From a cyanobacterium endosymbiont of Epithemia turgida isolate EtSB Lake Yunoko (GTDB lineage Bacteria; Cyanobacteriota; Cyanobacteriia; Cyanobacteriales; Microcystaceae): a stretch of 32,000 bases of DNA. The notes below the pieces were generated by a model that searched no databases, had not been told where the DNA came from, and saw nothing but the letters and a program-made list of their open reading frames with translations. This document shows, one piece after another, positions 29,802 through 32,000 of this stretch. The DNA lies in contig NZ_AP012549.1 in the NCBI RefSeq assembly GCF_000829235.1, forward strand, positions 1,680,001 to 1,712,000, read 5' to 3'. Every line of letters begins with the position of its first letter. Positions within the stretch are counted from its first letter, which is position 1. Both the position numbers and the translations under genes were made by a program.

Positions 29802-30460
29802 GTGAGTAGTGACATGCTCAGGATCATTAAATTTGTTCGACAAAAGTTTAATGTCTTTCGTTCTCGACAGTCTTGGCTTATTTTGTTGGACTCGATGGGG
29901 TTTATAACCTATTTAGATTTTGAAGGGTTAAGACAGTCTTCATTACAAGTACAATATGTTTCAATATTCACTTCTGGAAATATTTGGCAATATGCCTCAT
30001 TTCCAGTAAAAAACTTTCGAACATACACCTCTGGATATGGTTATCGGACATCTCCAATTCCTGAAGAAACTTAATTTCATCGAAGGTTAGATATGGCTGC
30101 CCCTTGGGTAGTTATGTGCGACATTGGTAGGTAGGTCGAGTGATAAGTTTATCCGATCATATTGCTTGTGGAACGATGATTAAAATTTAATTAGGACAGT
30201 GGCAACATATTTACTGCCATTTCTGCCATTTGATGGGATCAGTTGAAGACACTGCTTAGGGACATTATTTGATAGATTGAGATGGGGGAATTCTTATTTG
30301 GCAAGGTCAAGAAATTCCAGCAGGGGTAAGAATTGATCGTGTTGGGATGACTGGCCGAACTACTGGATATCATTTACATTGGGGATTAAAACATGAATAT
30401 CAATATATTAACCCTGGATTAGTAATTCAGGAAATGTTTCGCTATCAAGTATCTTCTTGA
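29802..30460 (+). pseudogene. M23-family (LytM/NlpD-like) peptidase pseudogene
   Basis: Track ORF 29802..30074 ends ...FPVKNFRTYTSGYGYRTSPIPEET*. Homology continues through FHRRLDMAAP, then a +1 shift to LGSYVRHW*VGRVISLSDHIACGTMIKI*LGQWQHIYCHFCHLMGSVEDTA*GHYLID*DGGILIWQGQEIPAGVRIDRVGMTGRTTGYHLHWGLKHEYQYINPGLVIQEMFRYQVSS*. The M23 motifs H.G.D (here HRRLD) and TG.(T/S)TGPHLH (here TGRTTGYHLH) are recognisable. One frameshift and five in-frame stops interrupt it. Confidence 0.88.
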
Positions 30461-30876
30461 AGTCCACAGTAATAGTTCGGGTTTATCTCTAATCACAAAC
30501 CGGCAAATCGAAGTTGTTCTTTTATATAAGAAATTACTGTTACCATTATGGGTGTTTAAATTATTATTTAAATATTTATCAATTATAGATATTAAATATT
30601 TACTTATTCTAATATTTCTTGCTAAAAAACTTATCTATAGCTATAAAAAACATTTAGTAGCTATTATCAATAGATAGTTGCTAAATGTCTACATTAAGAC
30701 ATAATATTTACTGAATTTTTTTATTTAAATATTAAAGATATAGTCTTTTCTTTTGGGCATATATCTAGTTATTTGAGTATAAATTCATATATCTATTAAT
30801 ATTCTTTTTAAGAAGATTTAATTTACACCTTAAAATTCAAGTCAAAATATAATTAAAACTATAGAAAAACTCATCC

Positions 30877-31647
30877 TTAAGATGATATTATCCTACCATA
30901 ACGAGCTATAGATTCACCCTTTTGCCAAGCCCACATTTGATCGCCTAAAGAAAAATGCCACCATTCTTTAGGATGACGACAAAATCCGGCTTGACTCATA
31001 ATCTTATTTAAAATTTCTCGTCGTTGATGATAGGTTCTTCCCGTTTTAGAATTATTATTAATATAATAATTAGGGTGTGATCGCTCTGAAATTTCATCAA
31101 TTTCTCCCCCCATATTGAGAGAATTTCCTTTATTATCAACTAAGGTAATATCAATAGCAGCCCCGGTACTATGGGGAGGAGGAGTCGCATGATTATCACT
31201 AGGAATTGCCCAAATTTGATATACTTTTTCCCAGATAGTTTGTTGTTGCTGAAGGGTTAATTTTTCTAGAATTAACCTTTGTTCCTTAATAACTAAATTA
31301 AAGGTATAATCGACCATAAATTGTTGCACTTGTACAGGTCGATAGGCATCAAAAATTTGTATGTTCCATTCTGGATACTCTTGATGTAAATAAGTTTTAG
31401 CATTTAATAAAGCATTCAAAACCCCTTTACGTAAATAATAAGGAGATTTTTCTTGATAAATTGCTCCTAATTTTTCATAGGGATGGGGTGATTCTATAAA
31501 AAATTGTTCTAGGGGAATAGTAACTAAAGGCTCTCTACAATCTTGGATGACAATGCTATGATAAGGCTTAATATTCATATATTTACTATTAGTAACTAGT
31601 AAAAAATAAGAAAAGATAAAAAAATAAATCAAACACCATAACTTCAC
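30877..31647 (-). CDS. ddpX: D-alanyl-D-alanine dipeptidase (VanX/DdpX, peptidase M15D)
   Basis: Motifs: FDAYRPVQVQ, the zinc/active-site block HSTGAAIDITLVD, and PKEWWHFS. The longest ORF starts at GTG 31647 and adds a hydrophobic MKLWCLIYFFIFSYFLLVTNSKY. That extension is either a signal anchor or an A+T-driven artefact. The ATG at 31578 (MNIKPYHSIVIQDCREPLV) is the alternative start. Confidence 0.85.
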   Translation of the reverse strand: MKLWCLIYFFIFSYFLLVTNSKYMNIKPYHSIVIQDCREPLVTIPLEQFFIESPHPYEKLGAIYQEKSPYYLRKGVLNALLNAKTYLHQEYPEWNIQIFDAYRPVQVQQFMVDYTFNLVIKEQRLILEKLTLQQQQTIWEKVYQIWAIPSDNHATPPPHSTGAAIDITLVDNKGNSLNMGGEIDEISERSHPNYYINNNSKTGRTYHQRREILNKIMSQAGFCRHPKEWWHFSLGDQMWAWQKGESIARYGRIISS

Positions 31648-32000
31648 TGTGCAATCTTATTAAAGACTATCGTAAATCTAAAAATATTGCTATCTTTAGG
31701 ATAACAGCTTATAGTCTATTTGAAATAATTGACTCAGTAGTTCTTTATCTCATAGAGATATCATCGATAATATCATTAATAGTATATCTAATCACCCCTT
31801 AGATATACCTTTCCAGAAGCTAATGCAATATATCTCCACTATTCATCTTTTGTTATTCAAAATTTTGATTTATTTTTAAAATAACTATTAGTTAGATTTT
31901 TAAATTTAAATATCCTATTTATATTTTGGTTAGTTTTTAATGCCATTAGGTTATTTGTATATGATCATATTCTCTTTATTTATTGATTAAAATTTAATAC

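Noticed and set aside
1-32000. Search for mobile elements, prophage, defence islands, toxin-antitoxin pairs, an origin of replication (DnaA boxes), riboswitches, rRNA or tmRNA
   Set aside because: I recognised no transposase, integrase or Cas motifs, no restriction, ATPase or nuclease clusters, no clustered TTATCCACA boxes and no conserved RNA motifs in any frame or strand that I read. Absence cannot be proven without profile searches.

Overview
This is an A+T-rich cyanobacterial chromosome segment. The HIP1 octamer GCGATCGC occurs at 35-42 and 9507-9514, and the proteins are typical cyanobacterial housekeeping enzymes. Islands of intact genes are separated by long, very A+T-rich stretches with no intact ORF, and several of those stretches still carry recognisable gene wrecks. 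Intact genes, left to right: a partial tandem-Usp protein at the left edge (missing from the ORF track), gshB, mtnP, leuA, glmM, a GT-B glycosyltransferase, a family-39 (ArnT/PMT-like) membrane glycosyltransferase with C-terminal TPRs, a DAO-type FAD oxidoreductase, pheS, surE, an acidic DUF1292/DUF3727-like protein, coaBC, an orphan MalG-type ABC permease, uvrC, and a VanX/DdpX-type D-Ala-D-Ala dipeptidase. By hand translation I reconstructed these pseudogenes: glcD (glycolate oxidase/dehydrogenase subunit), a probable glcE-like fragment beside it, a LivH/NatD-type amino-acid ABC permease, a GH13 alpha-glucosidase-family gene joined to that permease by deletion, and an M23 peptidase. The deserts also hold several long perfect palindromes and short tandem repeats. 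I found no rRNA, tRNA, CRISPR array, transposase, integrase, prophage or defence-type cluster, and I cannot support a discrete novel multi-gene system here. The most interesting signal is the erosion pattern itself. It resembles reductive evolution of an obligate cyanobacterial symbiont, but that reading is inference and needs database searches I cannot run.
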